Both the position numbers and the translations under genes were made by a program. Positions 1 to 12,779 of a stretch of 64,000 nucleotides of DNA are shown here, piece by piece. Every line of letters starts with the position of its first letter. Position 1 is the stretch's first letter. The stretch is from Carcharhinus longimanus (taxonomy: Eukaryota). The notes below the pieces were generated by a model that saw only the letters and a program-made list of their open reading frames with translations, was not told where the DNA came from and did not search any database. Location: NCBI GenBank assembly GCA_030264375.1, contig JASCQW010000043.1, forward strand, positions 69,240,748-69,304,747, given 5' to 3'.

Positions 1-282
1 CAGGGATCTTGGGTTCATGTCACACTATCTGTAACCCCCATGACTTGCCTGGGTTTGCAAAACCTCACTTACTGTACAGTCTGGAGACAATACACATCTC
101 TTTAACCTGTGTTTAATGCTCTTTCCACTCACATTGTCGGCATCTTTAAGACTTGAATAACAGGTTAGTTGTAAAGACTCGCATTCTAATCAGCAATCTG
201 TAAACTGTCTGTGCTGTTATATGCTCTGTCTGAGGCCAGAACTCTCCATTTACCTGACGAAGGGAGAAACCCCAAAAGCTTA
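1..282 (+). mobile_element. Penelope-like element (PLE) 3' end / pseudo-LTR with decayed hammerhead motif
   Basis: 2-34 translates RDLGFMSHYL*, resembling the GLNRDxG C-terminus of GIY-YIG PLE ORFs; CTGACGA-A-GGG..CCC-AAAA-GCTT at 254-281. Confidence 0.7.
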
Positions 283-399
283 TAATGAATGGAGTAACAT
301 AGTAATAGATTCAGTGAACAGTGAAGAATCAGAACTCCAAGTAAGCACCCTACCGGCATGAAAAAAGTACCATGCATGACCATACATTGGATCTGTGAC

Positions 400-635
400 T
401 AGTTAAAGAATCAATGATTCATGTTTAAACAGGCAACTCTCAAGACTCCCCATTGAAACACTTAAAAAACCCATAATATAACATACAGTGGCAGCAAACA
501 GCACATTGTGACAAGTTTGACAACATATTGGTCTAGGAAACACCCACAAAAGTGTTCTTAAAAACTCAAATTTTGGGCTCCCTTTGCCAATTTGAATTGT
601 CCAATCTACATGAAGATTAAAATCCTCCACAATTA
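400..635 (-). mobile_element. CR1 LINE fragment (endonuclease region)
   Basis: ORF 403..630 DFNLHVDWTIQIGKGS..EFL resembles the CR1 APE domain (GDFN motif). Confidence 0.65.
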
Positions 636-651
636 TTACATTATTTAAAAT

Positions 652-952
652 TTAAGGTTTATTTATTTCTTAGTGTCGCAAGTAGACTTACATTAACACT
701 GCAATGAAGTTACTGTGAAAATCTCCTAGTCGCCACATTCCATCACCTGTTCAGGTACAATGAGGAAGAATTTAGTGTGGCTAGTGCAACTAATCAGCAC
801 ATCTTTCAGTTGATGGGGGGGAAACCAGAGCAGCTGGAGGGAACCCACTCAAACGGGGAGAACGTGCAGATTCTGCACAGACAGTGGCCCAAACCGGGAA
901 TTGAACCCGGGCCCCTGGCGCTGTGAGGCAGCAGTTCTAACCTCTGTGCCAC
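652..952 (-). mobile_element. tRNA-derived SINE (V-SINE/HE1-like), near full length
   Basis: Reverse strand begins gtggcacagaggttagaactgctgcctcacagcgccagggg..ccgggttcaattcc (A/B-box-like head) and ends in an A-rich aataaataaa tail; related copies at 11247, 29374 and 61905. Confidence 0.85.
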
Positions 953-1395
953 TTCTGGGTTATTGCTGGGTTAATATCCTGGAATTCTTTAACCAACACC
1001 GTTCTAAGAACAAAATATCACAAAAATATTATGATTCGACCAGAAATCAAACCAAATTTATGTGGCCTTTTCAGTACTGCCCATACCCAGTTTTAATTTG
1101 TACTATAATTTTTGTAGTGATATGTGTGCATTATTTTCTTCTGATATTAGCTTTCTGTGCAGGCAATTAAGGCCAGTTCTGTATTAATCCAGAGTATTTA
1201 TTTTTGATTTCCACACAGAGATTTTAGCCAATTTGATTAAATCAATTTATGTTTATTGAAAAATAATAGAATACATTTTTCGAATGTAATATGACCAGGT
1301 TATAGTATAACTTACTATTGTAAGTATAGATTTTGTTTTATTTTCCCTCTGTTTTGGAATGCTGTTCATTTAAAAATTTTGTGTTCCTTTTTCAG

Positions 1396-1548
1396 GATCC
1401 CACCTCACCACGAGGTAGCCCACCCCACTCACCAAGGGAAAATGGCTTAGATAAATCTCGCCTGTTAAAAAAGGATGCACCTATAAGCCCAGCTTCCATT
1501 GCTTCCTCCAGTAGTACCCCTTCCTCAAAGTCCAAAGAAATGGGTCTA
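1396..1548 (+). CDS. TLE4: TLE4 coding exon (CcN/SP region; [51 protein letters not shown])
   Basis: ttcag acceptor at 1391-1395, gtaagc donor at 1549; 153 nt, phase 0-0; peptide matches Groucho/TLE4. Upstream exons lie outside the window. Confidence 0.96.
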
Positions 1549-2112
1549 GTAAGCATCGTGTCTACATTTCTATATGAAGTCTTCAATTAGAAATCATTAA
1601 TGTTAACAGAGGCTCATTCGAACTCAGTAAAATTTATCATCTTTCACTCCACTCCATTGCTGCTCTAATGTCTGTCCTGTGGTGCTCCCTGTTTCTGCTG
1701 TATGACATGGAACCAAGTGGTGAAACTTGGTGATCAAAAGCTTTCTGCAGAAGTGAGCTTCAAGAGCAAATCAAATAGATATCTCTGGCTTAAAAACTGC
1801 AAATTTGAACCAGAGAGGAAAAAAAACTGCTGGATTCCTAGGTGACTCAGTACTCTTGAAAATAAAAAACTGCTTTGGATGTAAAGCTTCCATGAGAAAA
1901 TCACAAACAATTTAAAAGCCAGCGGTTGGAGTAGGCACTGAATTATATACCTGCAGCCAATGTACTGGTTTCCCAGCTCCACATCCCCAGACCATTTTCC
2001 TGGAGGTGGGCTGGGAGGGGCAGGGCTACCCAAATGCAATCCACAAGTAACCAGCTTAACAAATTAAAGTTCAATTAAGGCCTATTCTCAGAGACTGACT
2101 GGGATCTTCAAG

Positions 2113-2262
2113 ATGTGGAGATGCCGGCATTGGACTGGGATAAAACAGAAAGAAATCTCACAACACCAGCTTAAAGTCCAACAAGTTTATTTGTAGCAAA
2201 CACCCCAAGCTTTTGGAACATGTTCTTCCTTCATCAGGCAAACTCCCAGCCACCTGATCTTT
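2113..2262 (-). mobile_element. Short PLE pseudo-LTR insertion with 14-bp TSD
   Basis: ctgggatcttcaag at 2099-2112 and 2263-2276; body homologous to 34972-35176 and 40933-41174. Confidence 0.75.
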
Positions 2263-3031
2263 CTGGGATCTTCAAGGCAGCCTTCAGGTCTCCAGAGACT
2301 GTGGGGAACAAAGCAGCTGCTGACAGACAACTTCCCACAGGGCCTGCCCTTTAGCCAGGTCTAGAGGCCTTCCTCACCTTCCAAGTTTCAACCACAATTG
2401 CCTTGTGGAGAGGATTCCCTCCCCTCCCCAATGGGGACCTGGCAGCTGATGATGCCATTTTTAAATTTCAAATTCAGAAAGTTTGGAGAGCGGGCATCTC
2501 CCTTTTGGAAAGCCGTTTTCCTCTGTTAATGTCCATGGCATCCTGGTGCTGCTTTTAAGCAGTTTGTACTCGTATTGGCCCTTGAGCTTCAGAGCCCACT
2601 TTTCCTCCTCAATTGGACAGTGAACCCACTCTTTTTCCGTTAATTGACCATTTTGGGGAAAATCACAGAGAAGTGATTACAGTGCATGCAGGCTTCTGAC
2701 CCCCATTTAAGCCTGATCATGAGGTCCTGACACCCACAGGCAAAATCCTGGCCCAGTTCTCTGCATCTTATCTATTTATAGCATGGCATGTAAAATCTGT
2801 GATGTGCTTTGATGGAAAAACACATGAACTCAGTTTTTTTTAAGAACAATACTATTGATTTTTGGCAAAAATAATTTGACATTTTCTCAATTATAGCTAT
2901 TGGTGTTATTATTAACATTTTAGATTGGTTGTTGGTTTATGTCATCACAATGTTAAGATATAATAAATGATTCTTTGCAGTGCAACTTTGGAGTTGCTGT
3001 ATTGACAAAGCAGTTTTCTGTTTGTTTGCAG

Positions 3032-3164
3032 AACGAGAAATCAACTACTCCAGTGTCAAAGTCAAATACTCCAACTCCACGATCAGATGCTCCAACTCCA
3101 GGAAGTAATTCCACCCCTGGATTGAGGCCGGTCCCTGGTAAACCACCAGGAATTGATCCATTAG
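3032..3164 (+). CDS. TLE4: TLE4 coding exon (SP domain; [44 protein letters not shown])
   Basis: tttgcag acceptor, gtaggt donor at 3165; 133 nt, phase 0-1; in frame with the previous exon. Confidence 0.96.
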
Positions 3165-3465
3165 GTAGGTAAATAGTTCCCTTTAAACAATTGTCTTTGT
3201 GTGCCTTCTAATCTTATCCTTGCCTTAGGCATAAGTTGCTGTTTTAATGTTGTAGAATCAATTTTCCATTTCACATATTCACAGTGACAAAAATCCTGTT
3301 ACAATCTTTACGTGGAAAGGTCCTTTACAGGAAGCAAACATAACATTGTAAGCATTTTGATTTTTGTTCCCCTCCTCTTGCTCTCTCAGATTGAACAATA
3401 GCTGAGATGACCTAAAAGTATTTGGAACTTACAGTCACTAACAACAGATGTTTGGTAATTTACAG

Positions 3466-3650
3466 GCTTGAGGACTCCTATGGCAGTGCCATGTCCTTAT
3501 CCTGCTCCGTTTGGAATTGTGCCCCATGCTGGCATGAATGGAGACCTAACAAGCCCGGGGGCGTATGCAGGTTTACATAATATCTCCCCCCAGATGAGTG
3601 CAGCAGCCGCTGCTGCAGCAGCAGCAGCTGCTTACGGCCGATCTCCAGTG
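3466..3650 (+). CDS. TLE4: TLE4 coding exon (SP domain with 11-Ala tract; (G)[16 protein letters not shown]...YGRSPV)
   Basis: ttacag acceptor ending at 3465, gtgagt donor at 3651; 185 nt, phase 1-0. Confidence 0.93.
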
Positions 3651-4051
3651 GTGAGTGAATTGAGCAGGCTTTTAATTTTGAATTGACTAAGCTATTTTTA
3701 TTTTGTCAATAAGAAGACTACTTATTTGAATGAATTTAAGCCAGGAAAAGAGTTCAGCTTGTGCCTATAGATACTACTGTCGTAAATGGCAATATCTGGC
3801 TATTGAACCAGTTTGAATGAATGGAGCCCATCATGGCAGGAACCATAGGAACAAGGCCCATTTAATCATGGATGAGGTGCCACTGTGGCATAACCTCCTC
3901 CAAATAGTTCAGAGAGCAGGAGGGGCTGACGCTGGACTCCTGACCACTGCTAGCATGTCAGTCGGGCTCATTAGTGAGTCTAGTTAAAATTCATTATTCC
4001 TGAGCCCACCACAATTTAGTGGTGGCTCAGGGATTAACTTGAAACTTGTCT

Positions 4052-5195
4052 GGCCCCTCGAGTCTGCTCAGCCATTCAATAAAATCAGAACTGACCTTTT
4101 TTGTGGACTCAGCTCCACTTACCCGTCCTCTCACCATAACCCTTACTTCCTTTACTGTTCAAAAATCTATCTATCTTTGTCTTCAAACCATTTAATGAGG
4201 TAGCCTCAACTGCTTCACTGGGCAGGGAATTCCACAGATTCACAATACTTTGTTGAAGAAATTCCTCCTCAACTCAATCCTNNNNNNNNNNNNNNNNNNN
4301 NNNNNNNNNNNNNNNNNNNNNNNNNNNNNNNNNNNNNNNNNNNNNNNNNNNNNNNNNNNNNNNNNNNNNNNNNNNNNNNNNNNNNNNNNNNNNNNNNNNN
4401 NNNNNNNNNNNNNNNNNNNNNNNNNNNNNNNNNNNNNNNNNNNNNNNNNNNNNNNNNNNNNNNNNNNNNNNNNNNNNNNNNNNNNNNNNNNNNNNNNNNN
4501 NNNNNNNNNNNNNNNNNNNNNCTAGTGAATCTCCTCTGCACCCCCTCCAGTGCCAATATATCCTTTCTCAAGTAAGGAGACCAAAACTGTACACAGTATT
4601 CCAGCTGCAACATAACCTCCCTGTTTTAAACTCCATCACTCTAGCAACGAAATTCCATTTGCCTTCTTAATTACTTGCTGCACCTGAAAACCAACGTTTT
4701 GTGATTGACAACAAGGACACCCAGGTCCCTCTGCACAGCTGCATGCTGCAATTTTTAACCATTTAAATAATAGCCCATTTTGCTGCTATTGCTGCCAAAA
4801 TGGATGACCTCACATTTACCAACATTGTATTCCATCTGCCAGACCCTTGCCCACTCAGTTAGACTATCTGTATCCCTTTGCATACTTTCATCGTCCTCTG
4901 CACACTTTGCTGTACCACTCACCTTCGTGTAACCTGCGAACTCTGACACACTACACTTGGTCCCCAACTCCAAACCATTTATGTAAATTGTAAACAGTTG
5001 TGGTTCTGACACTGATCCCTGAGGCACACCACTAGTCACTGATCACCAACCAGAAAAATGTCCATTTATCCCTACTCTTTCCTTTTCTTAGTTAACCAAT
5101 CCTCTGTTCATGCTAATACATTACCTGTAATTTCATGCACCTTTATCTTATGCAGCAGCCTTTTATGTGACACCTTTTTGAATGCTTTCTGTAAT
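4052..5195 (-). mobile_element. CR1 LINE, 5'-truncated (RT C-terminal half and 3' UTR), interrupted by an N gap
   Basis: ORFs TSGVPQGSV..PQLFTIYIN..FA.YTK and [27 protein letters not shown] are CR1 RT motifs. Confidence 0.92.
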
Positions 5196-5465
5196 TTCCC
5201 GCGCCTCCAAAAGGCTGCCCAGAAAACCTGGTAAGGGACTGGGCATCGGGAAGGGGTTGGGGGCACTGAAAGGCCAAGTGGTGGCCAGTTGCGTGTCCAT
5301 AAACCATTTGGACATGCCCCATTGTTTTCTGACCAGTGGATGAGACTCGCATCAGGCTAATTAAATCCGACCCCCAGAGACACTTTGTTAAAAAAATAAA
5401 ACTAGGTTTACTGTTTTTGTTAAAATGTGCCAATTCAATTCTGATTTAGTTCTGGTGATTTTTAG

Positions 5466-5539
5466 GTTGGGTTTGATCCACATCATATACGCGTACCTGG
5501 GATTCCACCAAATCTAAGTGGCATTCCCGGTGGAAAGCC
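5466..5539 (+). CDS. TLE4: TLE4 coding exon (VGFDPHHIRVPGIPPNLSGIPGGKP)
   Basis: Not in the ORF track, translated by hand; tttag acceptor at 5461-5465, gtaagt donor at 5540; 74 nt, phase 0-2. Confidence 0.95.
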
Positions 5540-6974
5540 GTAAGTCTATAATCATTTTGCTTATCAACAATGAAGCATGAGGGAAAAAAAAATGATGTTT
5601 TAGTGGAAAAGAGGCAAATGGAGAGCATAAAGCCACAGAATGATGAATTGTGTGCTTTTCTGAGTTCTGCACGTCACATGGTGATATTGATCTTTTAAAT
5701 GTTGTCTGCTATGAAATTCAAATGAGAAAAAGCAACAGCTGATGCCATTCTACTATCCTGGCAGTGCAGTGAAACCATCACTTGTTTGGGATCTTGCTGC
5801 TCTTACTTTGCCAATTTGGGAAGTATTGAAGGTGTTACCAAAGTCAAAACATAAACAATCATCGATACTTAGAATTCTATGCATGACCTTTATTCAAGGC
5901 ATCTTGCGTGGTTGTCATCCAGTGTACTTGAAATTACCATTTTGACTGTTCTAAGTACTGCTGACGTTTTTATATGTTGTGCACATTGGGATAGAAGTGT
6001 CTTTGCACAGTTAGTAGATTGCTAAGGGCATGTGGACCTTTTAAAACTCTGGCTTGCTGGCATGATCCAAACTGCCCTTCATCAGTCCTTCCACTTAAAA
6101 GCTAATGTCAGTTGCACAATAAGTGATTCTTTGGGAATACAGCTACTTGAAAGTATTAACAGAAGGTTGGGTATGAGAACATTAACATGCCTTGGGTTCA
6201 CTGGTGGATTCTTTTCAGTAGAGAATGCATGTCAGGTGGGTGGTAGCACTGCATGTGTATGCCTTGTGGTGAGTTGTATACCTCTTCACGTTGTTCATGA
6301 GGTTCCCTTATACTTGGTGCCCATCTAATGATGGTGTAAACTTGTATTTGTCATTTGTCAAATGGACAACTAGTGACTGACCTCATCAACAGGTGAGAGA
6401 GGTATCAGTAGAGTTAGTGTAGTTCCAAAATGAACCTTCAATATTTATACAAAAGCAATACTACAAGATACTATTAATGACACACCCAGTTTGCCTGGCT
6501 CACCAATGCATATTGTAGGAACAAACCTATCATTGTGGGGCCAGTATTTTTCATGCACAGCACCAGATAACTTTACAAGACAATGCTTCAATGNNNNNNN
6601 NNNNNNNNNNNNNNNNNNNNNNNNNNNNNNNNNNNNNNNNNNNNNNNNNNNNNNNNNNNNNNNNNNNNNNNNNNNNNNNNNNNNNNNNNNNNNACTCTAG
6701 ATATGAATGTAATTTTCTTGAGAGCTTGACTTGTAAACATTTGGATGAGGCATTGGCTTCTGTGCCAATTAAACAGCTTACTGACCAATAAAAATATAAC
6801 TAAATAAAGCTAAAATATTTCAATTCTAACTTCAATATTTTGAATAGATTGTGATCATTAAAATTTAAATCCAGACCATGCTAATGTATTACAGAATATT
6901 AGCTTTATTGGAACATTTTTGCAATAACACAGAGCAGCAGAAAAAATGTGCTGACTAATGTAGCAGTTTCCTAA

Positions 6975-7271
<297 letters not shown>

Positions 7272-8740
7272 TAAGATAGCTGGGTGAGGAAGAAATTTTG
7301 GAATGTGTGCCTCACTTATGTAGAAATATGTGTGTCATTCAGGAGACGAAAGCTTTTTGCACGTTGAAAGTTGACACTTCTTTCATTGCATGATGCATGT
7401 TGAAATGGAATATAAAATTCTTAATCATTGAATGGCATGCAAAAACTGTTCAATTTTTTTATTGCACTGAATTGATTGTGTTTCCGTTATGAATGGTGAC
7501 CAAGGAAACTAGGGTGGAATAAAATCCCAATACAGGAATAAAAAAATCAACAAAAGTGAAAAACAACATTTTTATTTACACTGATTTGCAAAACTTGAAT
7601 TAGATGTGGTCATCAGCAGTGTAAAAGATACTCATGTCTATCATGACAAAACATCCCCTGACAATCACCACAGATTTTTCCACGTGCTTCACATGGTTTG
7701 AACGCAATGTTGACATCATAATTTGCATACAGTCCCGTTGGCAATGAAAATGCTTGTATACAATTATCAATTGTTTGCTGCAACAAATGACTTGTCTGGT
7801 GTGTGGCATCTGGAAGTTATTCCAAATGGAATAACCCTCCGCCTTTAGTTAAACAATTCTTTTTATGTGGATGATCTCCATATGCTTGCCCTTTTAGTGC
7901 CATAATGCACCCAAGATACTCTGATTCCATGTTCCTAAATTTCAACTGGCTGCCTCATTGGCCAAGAACTCTCCTGCTAGAGAAATCAGTCCTGCCTCCT
8001 TCAGACAGCTGCTATTAATTAAACTAAAGTAGGATATTTTTCATTTCTGATCCCGTTGGCATAATGAGAACTGACCAATATAAATAACACGTTCTACTAA
8101 TTTATATACTTTATTATTCCAAATTAAGTTCTCACAGTAAATTTAGTCAACTTGGCAACATTGAATTTTTTTTTCTGTATAACCACCATTGGTCCAGTCG
8201 GAGCACCCTTAGAATCAGAGTTGGAAAGTTTGAGGATTCAAAAACCGCTCCAGAGGTCTCAGCACCTAATCTAGTTTTACGTATCAGTGTAGTACTGTGG
8301 GAGTTCTACTGTGTTGGAAGTTCCTTGGATGTCATTAAATTGAGGTTCCCCCTTCCCTTCACTTGGATGGGGAAACAAAAACTAAAATCACATACCATTT
8401 TCAGGACAAGTGCCCTGGTTCCCTGAATACATTTGTACTTCGGCCAACAAGAGAAAAAAATTGATTTATCTGTTCATTTATCTTAATGTTTGTGGTCAAA
8501 TTGGCTTTTGTGTATTTCCACATTATATAATTTACAATATTTCAAAGTATTTAATTGTCCGTGCTTAATAATGCTATAATAGCTACAAGATGCTACATAA
8601 AAGTAAGCTATTTTCTTCCTTTGTCAAAATATCCCACTTGGCCCAATTATCTCTGCTTCTGAATTGGTGGTTAACTTGCTGCCAGGTGGCCTGCCAGTGC
8701 CTTCCTGGAGCTGACAACCTGATATCAGAAACTTAGCTGT

Positions 8741-8866
8741 AATGAGGGGTCAAGCAGACTCAGAACGTTGGCTCCATTCCCTCTCCACAGACGCTGTCAG
8801 ATCTGCTGAGATTTTCCAGCAATTGATTTTTGTTTCAGATTCCAGCATTCATTGTATTTTGCTTTT
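8741..8866 (+). mobile_element. Short insertion of a second PLE-like repeat family with ~11-bp TSD
   Basis: aacttagctgt (8730-8740) and aactaagctgt (8867-8877) flank it; reverse-complement copy at 28951-29040. PLE assignment is from recall. Confidence 0.55.
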
Positions 8867-11246
8867 AACTAAGCTGTTTTGGGTTCAAATCTCTATCCCT
8901 CACGCATAGTAGTTCTCAGCATTTGTGCTTCAAACTTTGGTGTCACAGTATGCCTTGCCTACTTTGACAGACGGTTAAAAGCAGTTTGACGAGAGGAAGT
9001 TTTGCTTTTACATTCTCCCCTTTTTTATAATGCTTCCAGATTAGGCATGTTAAGACTGCAAATTCTTGCAGTAATTAAGACAAAATGTTTTATAACTTTA
9101 GTTTTCATTTCAGTACTTGTTACTGTTCATTTTAACAGCAGTAATCTTGGTTCTTATCAACAGTTAAGACTATACTAAGTCAGCCATTTGAAATGTTCTC
9201 AATTTTTTGTGTATCACGGTATAATTAACAGTTAAACAAAAAGTAAGAGTACTCTTTTCCATGCCCAACACTCCCATTTTTGTACAATTCTGTTTTCAAA
9301 ATTTTGGGGGGAAATTCTGATTAGGGCCATTTCCTCCCCAGACTCCTTTATCAGTGTACTGAGATGGATTTGATGGCTTCCCCCTACACTGTAGGGATTC
9401 TATGATTCTATATTGGATGTGGCAACTTTCTTAGTGTCATTATTTTTTCTAATACAGTTTCATTGTTGTGCTTTTCCAAATGCTCATCAGGTAGCCCTAC
9501 AATTGCATTTTCCTGTCTTCAATCACAAATCAGGAAAATTATTAATTTATGACCTCCTCTATTCCCTCTCTTTCACGTTCAAGATGGGAGCCACCAATGC
9601 CTCAATGTGTCCCATCTCTCCTTTGACTTCTTATCTGCTTATGAAATCTCATCAGCTATTTGGTGAAACAGCTGTCATTATCACTTGAGCTTTGTATAAG
9701 AAAGTACTAGATATAGTACTGGATTTTAGGCTGTCCACCAATGGGTTTGAAGGTGGAGGACCTGCTTGCTTCCCCCTGCACCACCATCACCCTCCCCCAC
9801 AGTGTAGTTTTATAGTGGTAGGAGTGGTGTGTGTGCAGCCTAGTTGCCAGTGGGTCACTTGATATCCTTAAGTAATGGCTACATACCACCAGGATTTAAC
9901 TGCTGGTGGGAGATGCTACCCTCTTAGTTCCTGAGGGACAGAAATCCCATCTCCAGTCCTTCAATGACTCATTGGCACTGTGTTCCCTGACATTTTAATC
10001 AAGGGCATGGGGAATCCATCATCTTGAATCATCATCCATCAACTGTCCTCAGGGACAGGAATCCTCACCTCAGACAACTGCCGGCCAATTCAGCCCACAG
10101 CTTTATAGCAAGAAAACCATTAGGAGACAGCATTAAGGAATGGAAGGAGTTTAGCCGCAATGTTAGTTCTCCACCTATATGACAATTTGGTGCTGGTGTA
10201 TTTATAAGCTGGAAAATATTAAACCATGTTTAACAGGAGCAGGTTTAAGATTAGTTTTTAATCTTGGGATTTGGCTGTTCACTTTGATGCATTTCCTCAA
10301 ATTATAGCACATAGATTACAGTTATGTATGCTAGTCTTGGGTTTTATCTGCTGATTATTTATTTGGTTATTATAGTTCTCATTAATATAACTATATCTAT
10401 GTTTATCCATTAGTTTCACTTAAAAGAGATACAACTATCAGGAAAGATGCTCTATTTTTCAAAATTTCTGATGAGTGGAATAAACATTCATAATATGAAA
10501 CCCCTAACTTTGGATGATAATTCTGATGACACATTTGATTACACTGGGTGTGTNNNNNNNNNNNNNNNNNNNNNNNNNNNNNNNNNNNNNNNNNNNNNNN
10601 NNNNNNNNNNNNNNNNNNNNNNNNNNNNNNNNNNNNNNNNNNNNNNNNNNNNNNNNNNNNNNNNNNNNNNNNNNNNNNNNNNNNNNNNNNNNNNNNNNNN
10701 NNNNNNNNNNNNNNNNNNNNNNNNNNNNNNNNNNNNNNNNNNNNNNNNNNNNNNNNNNNNNNNNNNNNNNNNNNNNNNNNNNNNNNNNNNNNNNNNNNNN
10801 NNNNNNNNNNNNNNNNNNNNNNNNNNNNNNNNNNNNNNNNNNNNNNNNNNNNNNNNNNNNNNNNNNNNNNNNNNNNNNNNNNNNNNNNNNNNNNNNNNNN
10901 NNNNNNNNNNNNNNNNNNNNNNNNNNNNNNNNNNNNNNNNNNNNNNNNNNNNNNNNNNNNNNNNNNNNNNNNNNNNNNNNNNNNNNNNNNNNNNNNNNNN
11001 NNNNNNNNNNNNNNNNNNNNNNNNNNNNNNNNNNNNNNNNNNNNNNNNNNNNNNNNNNNNNNNNNNNNNNNNNNNNNNNNNNNNNNNNNNNNNNNNNNNN
11101 NNNNNNNNNNNNNNNNNNNNNNNNNNNNNNNNNNNNNNNNNNNNNNNNNNNNNNNNNNNNNNNNNNNNNNNNNNNNNNNNNNNNNNNNNNNNNNNNNNNN
11201 NNNNNNNNNNNNNNNNNNNNNNNNNNNNNNNNNNNNNNNNNNNNNN

Positions 11247-11391
11247 ACTGTGAGAGGGAACTGGAATACCTGGAGGAAACCCACGCAGACATGGGGAGAA
11301 CATGCAAGCTCCACACAGACAGTGCCCCAAGCTGGGAATCGAACCCGGATCCCTGGCACTGTTAGGCAACAGTGCTAACTGCTGTGCCACC
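11247..11391 (-). mobile_element. tRNA-derived SINE, 5' part (remainder in gap)
   Basis: Same head as 652-952 (ggtggcacagcagttagcactg...gggttcgattcc on the reverse strand). Confidence 0.85.
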
Positions 11392-12779
11392 CATAGCTAA
11401 AAGTTTAAGTATGGCTCAGTTAGTATAACCATTCTGAGTTTGTACGTCATGGATTCAAGCTCCAATACAGGGTACATAGGTCTGGGTTTTCACCAAATCG
11501 GTTTGACTCAGGAGATCTTTTAAAAAAGGCAGGTGTGATTCCAGGATACCTGGGCTGTGCCTTTTAAAGATGTGGGCTGCTTCCGGTCAAAAGCTTGCAT
11601 TGGGCACTGAAGACGTGACTAGCTCCATTATAGGTATCTCCTATTCCTTCGCAATCTTCATGGAAAGACACGCTGTTAGAGGAGTCACAAACCTTAGTTT
11701 ATATGAAGGGACCATTTAAAAGGTAAGTTCGAAGAACCTTTCATACCCTCATTCCCAAGTTGTACCATTCTCCCCCATGCTCCCTAAGCCAAGCTCTGCC
11801 CTTCCACCAACCTCCATGTCCCTCATGCTGCAGTGCCAAGCTCTGTCCTGCCACCCATGCCTCATGGGCCTACATGCCCCCATGATCTGATATCCCTCTA
11901 CCCAGCTCTGCTCTTATAACCACCCTCATATCCTTATGCCACATCCATGCCAAACACTGCCCTTCTATCCACTCCCATAATCCCTCATTCCGCTATCCCA
12001 AGCTCTGACCTTCCACCCACCCCCAAGGACTCCTTATGGCCCTACCTTCGTGCCCATTGATCCATTATACACATAGTCGAATGAGTGAACTTTATAATGT
12101 AAAGTAGGATGTGTAATTTGAATAAAGTCCTTGGGGGGGAAAAAATGTCATTTGTTAAGAACTTTTCCCCATGTTTGAAAAATGTCAGATGTACAAGCTG
12201 ATGTAAGTGTCAATTATCCAGGTCCTTTGAAGTTTCAAAAACCACAAACCCTGGAAGCCACTTGTATAAAAAGAAGTCATGAAATTGAAAGCAGAGATTA
12301 GAGAGCCTGAGCTGTCAAATCAAACAATGTTTCTTCTGGGGAACAGTTGTTCCATTATTCTAATGACTCTCTCAACCAAGCCTCATTATATATTATTGAA
12401 GGGACAGGGAGAATCCCTGTCAGTATCTGAGATTTGAATGATCAGAATGCCCAACCAGGCTACAAGTGGGAAGATGTGCAAAGAACACATTGCCAAGTTC
12501 ATTGGGCAGCCAGCTGCTCAGAAGGAAACCTCCTGCCGGTAATGGGGAAATGACTGACAGATGTCAGAATGCTCTGCAGGAAAGGAAGAGTCTTGGGCAT
12601 TAGGAGGATATGAAAATTGAAAAAGGGGCAGAATGGCGCAGAAGCCAGATCCTCAATGGAAGATCCACTGCTGAAGACTGAATTATCTGTAGGTGACTGT
12701 GACCCAGTGCCTTAAGGGACTATGACTCTTTAGGCAAATGGTCATTAAGATCTGTGCCCTCATCACTGAAGACTTGCAG

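Noticed and set aside
880-952. tRNA-like sequence with A/B boxes (also ~11330-11391 and ~62020-62090)
   Set aside because: These are SINE heads continuing into SINE bodies, not tRNA genes.
1392-1586. Antisense ORF overlapping the first TLE4 exon (also 7008-7238)
   Set aside because: Shadow ORFs of the coding strand.
5742-5945. ORF containing VWDLAA, reminiscent of the missing TLE exon (IWDLAAPTP)
   Set aside because: Wrong intron and no similarity outside five residues; coincidence.
10403-11390. Long 270-320 aa ORFs in all six frames
   Set aside because: Artefacts of translating through the N gap; the same applies to the other X-rich ORFs.
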